From a virus, in the IMG/VR virus record IMGVR_UViG_3300031885_000005, positions 1-64,000 of that record: 64,000 bases of DNA; one strand, given 5' to 3'. The position numbers and the translations under genes are program-made. A model generated the notes under the pieces. The model searched no databases. It had not been told where the DNA came from and saw nothing but the letters and a program-made list of their open reading frames with translations. How positions within the stretch are numbered: position 1 is the stretch's first letter; every line of letters starts with the position of its first letter. This document shows positions 1-10,208 of this stretch, one piece after another.

Positions 1-2
1 CC

Positions 3-1004
3 ACACTTTCAGAAATAAAAGAAGATGTTGATATAAATGATGCAATTGATAAAAAACATTCCCCAGGTTCCGATAATCAAACCGCATCCGAAGTATTAAC
101 CGTTGAAACAGGGGTATCAGTTCAAGACAAAATAGATGATTTAGAATCTAATAAACAAGATAGTTTGGGTTTTACTCCTGAAGATTCTTCTAAAAAAGGC
201 GACCTTAATGGTTATGCTTCTTTGGATGGTTCTGGAAAAATTCCAGTAACTGAATTACCTAACGCAATAATGACTTATCAAGGAACATGGAACGCAAATA
301 CAAATACTCCTGCAATCGAAGACGGAATGACGGGAGCAACAGCAGGAGATGTTTATAGAGTATCAGTTGCAGGAACACAAGATTTGGGGTCAGGAAATAT
401 TTCTTTTGAAATAGGAGATTACTGTATTTACAATGGTTCTACTTGGGAAAAAGCAGATACTACAGATGCAGTTTCTCAAATTAATGGAAAAACTGGAGAA
501 GTAGATTTAGTTGCTTCTGATATACTTACCGACGAAACTGGAATAACGGTTCAAGACCACATAGATGATAATTCTAATCCTCATTCTGTAACAAAGACAC
601 AAGTAGGTTTAGGAAATGTAGATGACAAATCTGAAGCAACAATATTTTCTGATGTAGGAATTCTTACTAATAAAAGAATAACTAAAAGAGTTTCAAACGA
701 ATCAGATGCAATATCAATTACTCCTAATTCAGATAATTATGATATAATCTATCAGTCTAATTCTCAAAGTGTGGGTACTCTGACTATTAACAATGATACA
801 GGAGTTCCCACTAATGGACAATCTTTATTAATAAAAATAAAATCAACTAATGTTCAGACATTCTCTTGGGGAAATATTTATGTAAGTGGGATAATCCCAT
901 TACCTATTGCTACTTCTGGTAATGGAAAGATAGATTATTATGCTTTTTTATATGATACAGTCAATAGCAAATGGGATTATACAGGAAGTGCATTACAATA
1001 TTAA
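3..1004 (+). CDS. Virion fibre/decoration protein, 5'-partial (runs off the left edge)
   Basis: The frame of track ORF 165..1004 is open from nt 3 (TLSEIKEDVD...ETGVSVQD). It carries fibre-type motifs GYASLDGSGKIP, YQGTWNA, VSQINGKTG and NPHSVTKTQVGLGNVD, plus a C-terminal beta-sandwich-like segment. Confidence 0.75.
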   Translation, partial: TLSEIKEDVDINDAIDKKHSPGSDNQTASEVLTVETGVSVQDKIDDLESNKQDSLGFTPEDSSKKGDLNGYASLDGSGKIPVTELPNAIMTYQGTWNANTNTPAIEDGMTGATAGDVYRVSVAGTQDLGSGNISFEIGDYCIYNGSTWEKADTTDAVSQINGKTGEVDLVASDILTDETGITVQDHIDDNSNPHSVTKTQVGLGNVDDKSEATIFSDVGILTNKRITKRVSNESDAISITPNSDNYDIIYQSNSQSVGTLTINNDTGVPTNGQSLLIKIKSTNVQTFSWGNIYVSGIIPLPIATSGNGKIDYYAFLYDTVNSKWDYTGSALQY

Positions 1005-1054
1005 GGTGGATACGATAACATAATATAAAAAAAATTAATTCAAAGGAGAAATAG

Positions 1055-2257
1055 ATGGCAACTTTTAATGCAGCAAATACGGGAGACTGGAGAACCGCAG
1101 GTAGTTGGGCAGAAGGGTCTGGGTATCCTGTAGCTGGGGATACTGTTATTTTTGGGGCAGGTTTTACTGGAACAATTACTATTTCTCAAGCTGAAGCCTG
1201 TGCAGTATTAAACCTGACTGGTAATGGAGGTACTCTTGCTTTTGGGGCACAATCTCTGACGATTACTGCTAACATTTCTTTAGGTGGAACAATCACTGCT
1301 ACTACTGGTGGGATTATTATGACTGGCGTAGATACCTCAAGGATAATTACTTCTAATGGGGTTACTTTTCCTGGTCTTTTAACTTCAACCAATGCCAAGA
1401 CAGTTACGCTTAAAGGTAATTTGATTTTAGGAAAAGGATTGGTTATTTCGGCTTCTTCTGCTACTGTGATAAACAAGACAGACGTAGGCGACGGAGATAC
1501 TTTAACCATAAATGACGCTACTGCTTCAGTATTGACTTTGGGTACTGCTTTATCAGGAACGACTAATATAGTCATCGCAGGAACGGGGTGTGTGTGGTCG
1601 GGGAGTAATAACTTATCAAATAATCTGACATTCAACTGCACCAGTGCTACGATAAGTGGGCGGGTGAAATATATCGCAGGAACCCTTACTTATACTGCTG
1701 GAACGATTACTACCACAAGTTCTACTCTTGATATAACTGGGGCTTGCACATTAGATACTGATAGAGGAGCAACGAAAATAACTTTAAACAATTTAACTAT
1801 CTCTTTAGGTACTTACACAATCACCCTTTCTTCAAATCTTACTGGAACAGGAATGTTGAAGGCAGGGGGAGGGAATAGTCCTACATTTTCAGGAGCATTT
1901 GACATTTCATTTTATGAATTTTCTCTTGCCTCAAGTGTATCAAGTGGGGCTACGGTATTTACTTTTCCTGCGGGAAGAACTTTTACAATAACTAATTCTT
2001 TAGCAATAACATCTATCCAAGCAGCTATACCCGAGACACTACTTTGCACTTTAAAATCTTCCTCCACAAGCAATCCCTTCTACCTCAACTACACAGGCAC
2101 TCTTGCTAATTGTAAGGTCTTTGGAACGACATTCACCGATGTAGATGCATCAGGTTCTTCAATACCAATATATAATTGGTATGGGGGAACATTGACACGC
2201 ACAACGAACATCATCAATGTTACAGCAAGTAATATCGGTGGAATATTTATTCAATAA
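1055..2257 (+). CDS. G/T-rich beta-helix-like adhesin or fibre protein
   Basis: SD AAGGAG; N-terminal TGDWRTAGSW..PVAGDTV motif; repetitive Thr/Gly beta-strand pattern. Confidence 0.6.
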   Translation: MATFNAANTGDWRTAGSWAEGSGYPVAGDTVIFGAGFTGTITISQAEACAVLNLTGNGGTLAFGAQSLTITANISLGGTITATTGGIIMTGVDTSRIITSNGVTFPGLLTSTNAKTVTLKGNLILGKGLVISASSATVINKTDVGDGDTLTINDATASVLTLGTALSGTTNIVIAGTGCVWSGSNNLSNNLTFNCTSATISGRVKYIAGTLTYTAGTITTTSSTLDITGACTLDTDRGATKITLNNLTISLGTYTITLSSNLTGTGMLKAGGGNSPTFSGAFDISFYEFSLASSVSSGATVFTFPAGRTFTITNSLAITSIQAAIPETLLCTLKSSSTSNPFYLNYTGTLANCKVFGTTFTDVDASGSSIPIYNWYGGTLTRTTNIINVTASNIGGIFIQ

Positions 2258-2318
2258 AGCAATTATAATAACATAAGTATTGGAAGCAGAATAATAAATT
2301 AGATTAAGGAAAAATAAA

Positions 2319-3899
2319 ATGATAATGAATTTATTAAAATCAGGAATTTTGGGGAGTAGACGTTCATTTAAATTTAGTATATTAACTACTGCTCCAAATG
2401 AAACATTTACATTACCTCTATTAGCAGGAACCCATAATTTTTCTGTTAATTGGGGAGATGGAAGTGCTGAAAATATTGTAATCGCCTTTAATGATGTCAA
2501 TAGAATACATACCTATACTGCAGCAGGAACTTATATAATCTCTATGAATGGAACTTGTACTAAATTTGCTTTTAATGATGGAGGAGATAAATTAAAAATA
2601 AAACAATTATTAGATTTTGTAGATATGGGATTTACTACTTTAAATTTTTATGGATGTTCAAATCTTACATTTATCGCAAGTAGTATGAAAAAGTTAGAAT
2701 CTTTAACTACAGCAGTAAATATGTTTAGAAGTTGTACTTCCTTGACTTCTATTCCTGCGGGGATATTTAATGGTTGCATAGGCATAACCACTTTTAATAG
2801 TACGTTTCTTGGGTGTATAAGTTTAACAGGAGTTATACCAAATAATTTATTTGATTATAATATAAAAGTAACTAATTTTGGTAATACATTTCTTGGTTGT
2901 GTAGGATTAATTGGTTCTATACCGATAGATTTGTTTAAGTACAATACCTTGGCAACTAATTTTACCAGTATATTTCAGGGATGTTCTGGATTGATTGGTG
3001 TTATTCCCACAGATTTATTTAGATATAATATAAAAGTAACTAATTTTAGTAGTGCATTTAATGGTTGCGTGGGTTTAACTTTTATCCCTAACAATTTATT
3101 TGACTATAATATCTTAGCAACTAATTGTAGTAGTATATTTTATAATTGCACAGGTCTGATAGGTGTAATTCCTACTGATTTGTTTAAGTACAATATTTTA
3201 GCAACTAATTTTAGCAGTATATTTCGGGGATGTTCTGGATTGATTGGTGTTATTCCCACAGATTTATTTAGATATAATATATTGGCAACTTCTATGGATA
3301 ATATTTTTAAGGGTTGTTCAGGACTTACGGGTTCCATACCCGTAGACCTGTTTAGATACAATATATTAGCAACAAGTTTTAATAGTGCCTTTAATGGTTG
3401 CACAAATATTGCTTCTATACCTACTGATTTATTTAGATATAATATAAAAGTAACTAATTTTGGCGGAACATTTATGAGTTGCACAAGTCTAATATCTATA
3501 CCAGTTGACTTGTTCCGATATAATACGGCAGTAACGACTTTTGAAAGTGTCTTTTATCTTTGTTCAGGGATAACTGCTATTCCAGCAGATATATTCAAAT
3601 ACAATGTTGCTGTAACTAATTGCCAAGGTATATTTGCTTCCTGCATAGGTTTAACTGGTGTTCTTGATGGTGATATATTCTTATATAATACCAAAGTGAC
3701 TACTTTTGCGTGGACATTCCAATATTGTGCAGGTTTGACAGGAAGCGGTTGGGGTTCTGGTGTTATCCCTGAAACAGTCCCAGATACTATTATTTATAAT
3801 GCAGAACATCAGCCAACGCCACCTGCTATAACTACATCTTGTTTTGATGGTTGCACTTCATTGACAGATTATTCGTTAATTCCAGTAGGATGGAAATAA
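2319..3899 (+). CDS. BspA-like leucine-rich-repeat protein with N-terminal PKD/Ig-like domain
   Basis: About 13 tandem 27-28 aa repeats TNFxxxFxGCxGLxGxIPxDLFxYN; N-terminal VNWGDG...HTYTAAGTY motif; C-terminal cap IPVGWK. Confidence 0.8.
   Translation: MIMNLLKSGILGSRRSFKFSILTTAPNETFTLPLLAGTHNFSVNWGDGSAENIVIAFNDVNRIHTYTAAGTYIISMNGTCTKFAFNDGGDKLKIKQLLDFVDMGFTTLNFYGCSNLTFIASSMKKLESLTTAVNMFRSCTSLTSIPAGIFNGCIGITTFNSTFLGCISLTGVIPNNLFDYNIKVTNFGNTFLGCVGLIGSIPIDLFKYNTLATNFTSIFQGCSGLIGVIPTDLFRYNIKVTNFSSAFNGCVGLTFIPNNLFDYNILATNCSSIFYNCTGLIGVIPTDLFKYNILATNFSSIFRGCSGLIGVIPTDLFRYNILATSMDNIFKGCSGLTGSIPVDLFRYNILATSFNSAFNGCTNIASIPTDLFRYNIKVTNFGGTFMSCTSLISIPVDLFRYNTAVTTFESVFYLCSGITAIPADIFKYNVAVTNCQGIFASCIGLTGVLDGDIFLYNTKVTTFAWTFQYCAGLTGSGWGSGVIPETVPDTIIYNAEHQPTPPAITTSCFDGCTSLTDYSLIPVGWK
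2978..3281 (+). repeat. Identical 55-bp direct repeat within the LRR array (2978-3032 and 3227-3281)
   Basis: GGGATGTTCTGGATTGATTGGTGTTATTCCCACAGATTTATTTAGATATAATATA occurs twice, 249 bp apart. Confidence 0.85.
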
Positions 3900-3913
3900 T
3901 ATAGAAAGGAAGT

Positions 3914-4654
3914 ATGGATAGTATAGAACGTGAGGTTAAAAAATTAAAAAATTTGGTTCAGAACAAAAACAAAACTAATGAAGAATTGGAGATTTTGGCG
4001 AAAGAAAATATTCAACGCCAAGAAATATTGGGTTCTTTGACATTCGCACTTGATGATGAAAAATTTTTCGCTACTAATTTATTAAATAAATATTTAGAAG
4101 AATCATCTTTACAGTCAGCATCAGAGAAAGATACATTAACGCACCTTATAGATTTAGAGGTGTTACTCAATAGAATTAAAAAACAATTAAATACAGAATA
4201 TGGAAAAGCAAATCCTGCAATTCCAATTGCTTTTATAGAACAGGTAACTGAGTTGACAAATCAGATAATGGAATTGAAGGAAAAATTAGGATTGTTAAAA
4301 GAAGATGAGAATAATGATGTTTCAAAAACTATATCTGATTTATTGGAAAGATTTCATAAATGGATAAATAAACCAGAAAATAGAAGCAATTTTGAATGTC
4401 AATGCCCTAAATGTGAAGAAATTATTTTAATTAGAAGGCGACTTGATAAAGAAAAAGACGAAATTAAATCTCACCCTTGGTATATCGAGGGAGGTATTCT
4501 TTTTAATAAAGAAATATTTAAAGATTTTGAATTAGGAAAGATTTCAGAAAATCAAGTGGTTAGATATTTAAATGTTACTTCGGATTATATAAATTGGATT
4601 AGACAAAATTATCCTTTAAATCAGGACAAATCCGAAGAAGAAAAAGAAGATTAA
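3914..4654 (+). CDS. Putative terminase small subunit
   Basis: Directly upstream of TerL; helical/coiled-coil with a CQCPKC zinc-knuckle motif. Positional call. Confidence 0.45.
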   Translation: MDSIEREVKKLKNLVQNKNKTNEELEILAKENIQRQEILGSLTFALDDEKFFATNLLNKYLEESSLQSASEKDTLTHLIDLEVLLNRIKKQLNTEYGKANPAIPIAFIEQVTELTNQIMELKEKLGLLKEDENNDVSKTISDLLERFHKWINKPENRSNFECQCPKCEEIILIRRRLDKEKDEIKSHPWYIEGGILFNKEIFKDFELGKISENQVVRYLNVTSDYINWIRQNYPLNQDKSEEEKED

Positions 4655-4658
4655 ATAT

Positions 4659-6296
4659 ATGTTAAAAAATTTGACTACTGAAGAGTTGTTCTTTTGTGAA
4701 AATTTTTATGATGCTAAATGTTTAATTGAGAATACATTTTCAAAAGGAACTCCTCGAAATTGGAATGATGGAAAGGATTGTATAAAATTAAGAACGTATC
4801 AACGACCATTTTTAGGATTCGATTCTGCTCTTGAAGATGATGATAAATTATCTGAGGTTGAAAATTTTAGAAGAAGAATAAAAGTAGGCACTCGAATAAT
4901 TGTTTCTGCAAGAAAAATAGGAAAGACTTTTATAGCATTGATTGCTAATATTTTATTAAAGTTAGTACATTATAGAGATAAAGAAATGACAATGAGTTCT
5001 TATGATGAGAAACATGTCAATAAAGTATTAAATGAAGTCAGAGAATTCATGGTTTATCATAATTTATATAAAAGTTACAAACAAACAATAAGAGGAAGTC
5101 CAGAATATCTTATAGAAACCAAAAATGGCAATAAACTTTTTGGTGTAAATGAAACTGTGAAAGGAAAAGCCCCAGGCGAAAATTGGTGGGGTCATCATAC
5201 TTTTATTAATTTTCAAGATGAGATTCAGGCAGAAACAGATAATGCTTATACTCATAAAGTGGATGCTACAAGTGATTTGGGTGTAATGGAGATTTTATGC
5301 GGAATTCCTTTGATTACTAAAGTTTCTCCTTTAGGTAGGATATTAAGAGATTCAATTTTGAAAAAAAATATTATTAGATTACCCCAATATGTTAGTTATC
5401 TTTGGGATGACATTACTAAACAGGAAAGAATAAGAGCTTATGGAGGATTAGAATCTTCAGGTTATCGTATAAATGTCGCAGCAGATTTAATTGAAGGGGC
5501 TTCTGGTGCTTTTGATATGGATAGAGTAAAATCTAATTATAATAAAAAAAGAATAATCAAACATTTTGAGATTACAAAGAAAAACTTTAAAGATTATAAA
5601 AATATATTAGTTTTAGAACCAATATATAATTCTTCTAAAACTTTTGTAGTATCGGATATTGGAGATGCAGCAGCAACAGAAATAACAATATTTGGAAAAG
5701 TTAATGAAAAATATCAATTGGTTTATAATGTTACAACTTATCGTCTTTCTTTAACAAAAGAATTACCCGAACTGATAGAGTACATTTTTAGAAAGGTTAA
5801 TGGGCACTATCTTTCAGTAGATTGCACTATTATGGGGAAACCAGTTTATGAAATTTTAACTGAAAAACTAAATGAGATTATAAAAGATAAAGAAGGGAAT
5901 ATTATAAAAACAATAAAAAGAGTTTTTTGGTGTGCATTTAATGAGGATATTATTACTGGTTTCGAAAAAAATGAGAGCGGACAATTAATAAGAGATTCTA
6001 AAGGTCAATACATAACAAAAAAAGAACCCACTCTTCATTTTGCAGTTACCAGATTACAACAAATGTTTTTTGATAAAAAATTCGATATACCTAACGACGA
6101 TTATAAATTTGAGAATCAATTTTCATCTTATGTAAGTATATTTTTAGGAAATAAAGTAATTTATGATACGACAATTTCAGAAGACCATTATGTACAATCT
6201 TTTGAAGTTTTTGCAATATTAGAATGGTTGACAGAACAATTGCCATTTATAACTGCAATAGAAGAAAATATACAAACACCTTTTGGTGTTTATTAA
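4659..6296 (+). CDS. terL: Terminase large subunit
   Basis: Q-motif LRTYQ, Walker A SARKIGKT, Walker B INFQDE, RNase H-like VVSDIG and SVD, C-terminal EDHYVQS. Confidence 0.85.
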   Translation: MLKNLTTEELFFCENFYDAKCLIENTFSKGTPRNWNDGKDCIKLRTYQRPFLGFDSALEDDDKLSEVENFRRRIKVGTRIIVSARKIGKTFIALIANILLKLVHYRDKEMTMSSYDEKHVNKVLNEVREFMVYHNLYKSYKQTIRGSPEYLIETKNGNKLFGVNETVKGKAPGENWWGHHTFINFQDEIQAETDNAYTHKVDATSDLGVMEILCGIPLITKVSPLGRILRDSILKKNIIRLPQYVSYLWDDITKQERIRAYGGLESSGYRINVAADLIEGASGAFDMDRVKSNYNKKRIIKHFEITKKNFKDYKNILVLEPIYNSSKTFVVSDIGDAAATEITIFGKVNEKYQLVYNVTTYRLSLTKELPELIEYIFRKVNGHYLSVDCTIMGKPVYEILTEKLNEIIKDKEGNIIKTIKRVFWCAFNEDIITGFEKNESGQLIRDSKGQYITKKEPTLHFAVTRLQQMFFDKKFDIPNDDYKFENQFSSYVSIFLGNKVIYDTTISEDHYVQSFEVFAILEWLTEQLPFITAIEENIQTPFGVY

Positions 6297-6313
6297 AGAA
6301 AAGGAGTAAATAA

Positions 6314-7972
6314 ATGAGTGATGGCATAGGAATGGCAAATCAGAGTGTATGGGGAGCGTTTGTAAGATGGATGTTTTCCTCAAAAACAATAGAAATTCCA
6401 GGGGATTTCCAAGGAAGATGTGCCGATATAAAAGAAATGTTGGATAATGATGTTAGTGGAATTGTTTCTACTTTATTGGATTATATGGTTAATTCTGCTG
6501 CTGAAGCAAAATTTAAAGTAGAATGTTCCAACGAAACTTTGGAAAATTTATTGGACATTTGGTTGCAACAAATTAACATTTATGTAGATTTAATACCCAC
6601 AGGGCTTCAAGAATTAGCGAGAGAATATTATAGAGAAAGATGGAAAGGTTCTTCATTATGTTTAATGAAAGTTTCTGATTGGAAATCAATAAAATCAGAA
6701 AATAATATAATCGAAGTTCCGACTACATTGTGGTTTTTTAATGGTGCATCGGTTTGGATTGATAGACCAAATGCTAACAAATTTAAATTAGGAACTGATA
6801 AATATTTTAGTGATTCTAATTTAAAAAATGCAATAGTTAAATCAGATAAAGAATCGTTTGTGATTCAGAAACCTGGGTCGAGGTGGACTGACCAATATCC
6901 TTCTCCTTATTGTGTAAGAAAAGGAATTTTAAAGAATTACAAAGCAATTGAAGTATTACAATCTAAAGGCGATGAAGTAATTAGTAAAGTCTTACCTTAT
7001 ATATTGCAACAGGTAAAAGGAACTGAAGCTGCATTTATACAAAAAGGATTAAAATTTAGCCCAGACGAATTAAAATCTTTTCAAAATGTAGTTAAGACAG
7101 CACTTAAACGATATAAAAATGAAAAAGGAGAAGTTCCATTAGCCACTACTCCTTTTGATGAAGAATTCAAACACATCGTCGCTGATATTCTTCCGATGGT
7201 TAGAGAAGAACTTTTTAGGCAAGGAACAAGAAATTTATTGGCAGGTTTGGGTTTTATCGATATGTTGGAAATAGCTCCTTCTCGTCAGGAAACAAGATTA
7301 AATCCTAAACCATTTATTTTAGAAGTCAATGACGGAGTTGATGGATTTAAATCTATTTTAAAAGAAGTAATTTATTTAATTATAAATAGAAATAAGGATT
7401 ATCATAAGAAATTTTTTAGCGACAATACGACATTAAAAATAGTAAATACACCAATAAGAATCAATGTTGAACAAATTTTAGACCAATTAAGGTCGGGATT
7501 TGTTTATGGTGGATTGACAATTGAAACTTATCATGAAGTATTAGGAATCGACCATGACCAGGAAGTAGAGAGGATGCGAAAGGAATGGGATGATGGATTA
7601 AGAGAATTATTTTATCCTCATTGTATTACTAATCAAGAAGATAAGGGAATAGATACAGTTATTCCAACTACTAAAAAGCAAATAGAAAAAACTAAAGAAA
7701 AAGAAACAAAACCCACAACAATGACGAAATCAGAATTAGAAAACGAATTAGAAACTGCTCCATATAAAAATTTAGATGAATTGCCTAAATATATAAAGAA
7801 AATGACTAAACATTGTCAAGAAGTCTTTATGGCAACTTTTAATTCTGTTTACGAAGATACTGGAGATGAAGGCAAAAGTTTTGCTATAGCCAACTCGGCT
7901 GCTCGTCGTTGTATGAAGAAGCAAGGTTATACTTATGATAAAGAAACAAAAACTTGGAAAAAGAAAGAATAA
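6314..7972 (+). CDS. Portal protein with C-terminal ChaB domain
   Basis: Position after TerL and size fit a portal. The C-terminal PYKNLDELPKYIKK..CQEVFMATFNSVY..SFAIANSAA..WKKK matches the ChaB pattern. Confidence 0.7.
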   Translation: MSDGIGMANQSVWGAFVRWMFSSKTIEIPGDFQGRCADIKEMLDNDVSGIVSTLLDYMVNSAAEAKFKVECSNETLENLLDIWLQQINIYVDLIPTGLQELAREYYRERWKGSSLCLMKVSDWKSIKSENNIIEVPTTLWFFNGASVWIDRPNANKFKLGTDKYFSDSNLKNAIVKSDKESFVIQKPGSRWTDQYPSPYCVRKGILKNYKAIEVLQSKGDEVISKVLPYILQQVKGTEAAFIQKGLKFSPDELKSFQNVVKTALKRYKNEKGEVPLATTPFDEEFKHIVADILPMVREELFRQGTRNLLAGLGFIDMLEIAPSRQETRLNPKPFILEVNDGVDGFKSILKEVIYLIINRNKDYHKKFFSDNTTLKIVNTPIRINVEQILDQLRSGFVYGGLTIETYHEVLGIDHDQEVERMRKEWDDGLRELFYPHCITNQEDKGIDTVIPTTKKQIEKTKEKETKPTTMTKSELENELETAPYKNLDELPKYIKKMTKHCQEVFMATFNSVYEDTGDEGKSFAIANSAARRCMKKQGYTYDKETKTWKKKE

Positions 7973-8755
7973 ATGATTAAAACAGACCCAAAAACAGGTA
8001 GATTTATTAAACAATTTTCAGATAAAGAATTAATCTGTGAACAATGTGGTAAAAAATTTATAAGAGAACATCATAGATTAAATAGACAAAAAAATAATTT
8101 TTGCTCTTTGAAATGTGCTTACGAATATAGAAAAGGAAAAAATAGTTCTTTATGGACTGGTGGTGAAATAGAAACGAAATGTGATTTTTGTAATAAAATA
8201 ATAAAAATTAAACAATATCAATTAAAACAGAAAAATCATTTTTGTTCCTATAAATGTTATGGAAAATTTAAACAAATTAAATTAAAAGGAACTCCTTCTT
8301 TTTTTAAAGGTCATATACATAAAGAAGAATCAAAAATAAAGATTGGAAATAAATTGAGGGGAAAGAAACACACAGAAGAAACTAAACAAAAAATATCAAT
8401 TGGTCATATAGGAAAAAACAAAGGCAGAAAATGTCATTTTTTTGGAAAACCATCGGAACATGGAAAATGGATTAATTACAATAATAAATGGTTCCGTTCT
8501 TCTTGGGAATCAAAATTTGCTAAATTTTTAGATTCTATAGGTATTAAATGGTTATATGAACCCGAATCATTTAATTTAGATGAGATGACATACACCCCTG
8601 ATTTCTATTTACCCGAACAAGGAATATATATAGAAATCAAAGGTTATTGGCGACCACTATTTTTAGAAAAATATAAATTATTTAAAAATAAATATATAGA
8701 CAAAGTTTTAATACTTTACGAAAAAAAAGATTTACAAAAATTGGGGGTATTATAA
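7973..8755 (+). CDS. Free-standing homing-type endonuclease (Zn fingers, NUMOD3, PD-(D/E)xK domain)
   Basis: Two CxxC...FCSxxC repeats; HKEESKIKIG and HTEETKQKIS NUMOD3 motifs; FRSSWE...YEP...YTPDF...IEIKGYW (T7 endonuclease I-like). Confidence 0.8.
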   Translation: MIKTDPKTGRFIKQFSDKELICEQCGKKFIREHHRLNRQKNNFCSLKCAYEYRKGKNSSLWTGGEIETKCDFCNKIIKIKQYQLKQKNHFCSYKCYGKFKQIKLKGTPSFFKGHIHKEESKIKIGNKLRGKKHTEETKQKISIGHIGKNKGRKCHFFGKPSEHGKWINYNNKWFRSSWESKFAKFLDSIGIKWLYEPESFNLDEMTYTPDFYLPEQGIYIEIKGYWRPLFLEKYKLFKNKYIDKVLILYEKKDLQKLGVL

Positions 8756-10122
8756 TGAATGATAAAAAACAGGTAGCAAATTTTCTTTTGGAAATTGCTA
8801 AAACTTCTAAAACAGATTTTATTGATGATGCCAAAATTGATAAAGAAATAATAGAAGCAGCTAAGAAAATAAATTTAATTTTGCCCAATTCGGATATATC
8901 GGTATTCCGTACAGTCTGGGCTGAAATTGACAAAAAAAATTTAAATGGTGTTATTCTTCCTCGTAAAGTAGTTGAAGATGGTTTACAGACTATTTTATTT
9001 AAACAATGTAACTGGGAACACGAAGGTGCCTATAATATATGTGGTGTAACTATATCAGCAAAAATAAACGGTGATAAAATAGAAACTATTAATATTTTTT
9101 ATAAATCATTATTTCCCGATAAATTTGAAGAATTGAAAGAGAAAATAAAGTCTGGAGAAGCAGCAGTCTCTTTTGAAATATGGTCGATTGACCCTGAGAC
9201 AAAAAAATCAACGATTAAAGTTTTAGCAGATGGAACAAAAGAGTTTATTAAAATGATTGTGCATGGCACAGGAGTTCTTCTTTGCAATCCTCCAGCGTGC
9301 CCTCGTGCAAAAATTTTCTCTCTTGTAGCAAAAAAAGAATTACAGAAAGCAGAACAGATAGTAAATAATGTATTTGAGCAAGACCTTGTTTATGCTCAAT
9401 TAGCAATTGAAGAGCCAAAATGCCTCAATTGCGGAAATTGCAAAAAGGAGGAATTTATTGTGGAAGAATTAGAAAACAAACAAATTTCCGAAGAACCCAA
9501 GACTGAAGAAAAAGCAACCGAAACCAAGACCGAACAGGTCGCTGAAACGAAAGTTGAAGAACCTAAAGTCGAAGAAACAAAAACGGAAGTAGCTCAACCA
9601 TTAGAAATAGTTGAGCCAAAAATTATAGTTAAAGTTACTCGTATTCATAGTGATGTTTCTATAGATACTTATATTGATGGAACCCCATCTGGAACTTCTC
9701 AAGGAAAAAGTACTTCAAAAACTATAACTGAGTATAAAGATGGAACGCAAGATGTAATAGAATCAGAATCAGAATATAAACAAAAATATGATTTAGCTCA
9801 ATTAGAAGAGGCAGTAAATAAAGCTAAAGAAGAATTAGCAAATCTTCATAAAGCCGAACTTGAAACCAAAACTAATGAGATTAAAGTTGATTTAGAAAAA
9901 AAGATAACCGATAAAGAAACAGAAATAACAAATCTGAAACAAGAACTTGTAGCGAAAGCTCAAGAGATTGCCGAATTAACTAAACCAGTTGAAGAGGCAT
10001 CAACTACTCAGGCAAGTCTTGATGTAGGCAATGTTGAAGTTGCAAAAGCAAAAGATAAAAAAGAAATTGAAGAAGCAAAAGAAAATATTAATACATTAAT
10101 CTCAAATAAACACAAAAAATAA
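8755..10122 (+). CDS. Prohead protease/scaffold fusion
   Basis: NLNGVIL, NWEH, VSFE and NPPACPRA resemble HK97-type protease motifs; Glu/Lys-rich coiled-coil C-terminal half; immediately upstream of the MCP. Confidence 0.7.
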   Translation: MNDKKQVANFLLEIAKTSKTDFIDDAKIDKEIIEAAKKINLILPNSDISVFRTVWAEIDKKNLNGVILPRKVVEDGLQTILFKQCNWEHEGAYNICGVTISAKINGDKIETINIFYKSLFPDKFEELKEKIKSGEAAVSFEIWSIDPETKKSTIKVLADGTKEFIKMIVHGTGVLLCNPPACPRAKIFSLVAKKELQKAEQIVNNVFEQDLVYAQLAIEEPKCLNCGNCKKEEFIVEELENKQISEEPKTEEKATETKTEQVAETKVEEPKVEETKTEVAQPLEIVEPKIIVKVTRIHSDVSIDTYIDGTPSGTSQGKSTSKTITEYKDGTQDVIESESEYKQKYDLAQLEEAVNKAKEELANLHKAELETKTNEIKVDLEKKITDKETEITNLKQELVAKAQEIAELTKPVEEASTTQASLDVGNVEVAKAKDKKEIEEAKENINTLISNKHKK

Positions 10123-10170
10123 TTCCTATAGATATTAGGAATAAGTAAAAGGCGAAAAACGCCTGACTTA
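10122..10170 (+). promoter_or_regulatory. Two tandem hairpins in the capsid-gene leader
   Basis: ATTCCTA/TAGGAAT (10122-10142) and TAAGT..AGGCG-AAAAA-CGCCT..ACTTA (10142-10170). Confidence 0.55.
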
Positions 10171-10208
10171 AAAGATAGAAAAAAATAAATAAGATAACGG
10201 AGAAAAAA

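Noticed and set aside
1015-2275. ATAACATAA on both sides of the 1055..2257 gene as a cassette boundary
   Set aside because: A 9-mer of nearly all A/T is expected by chance at this composition.
2319-3899. Diversity-generating retroelement target
   Set aside because: No reverse transcriptase or non-coding template repeat in the window. The repeats are in-frame and their differences are not adenine-specific.
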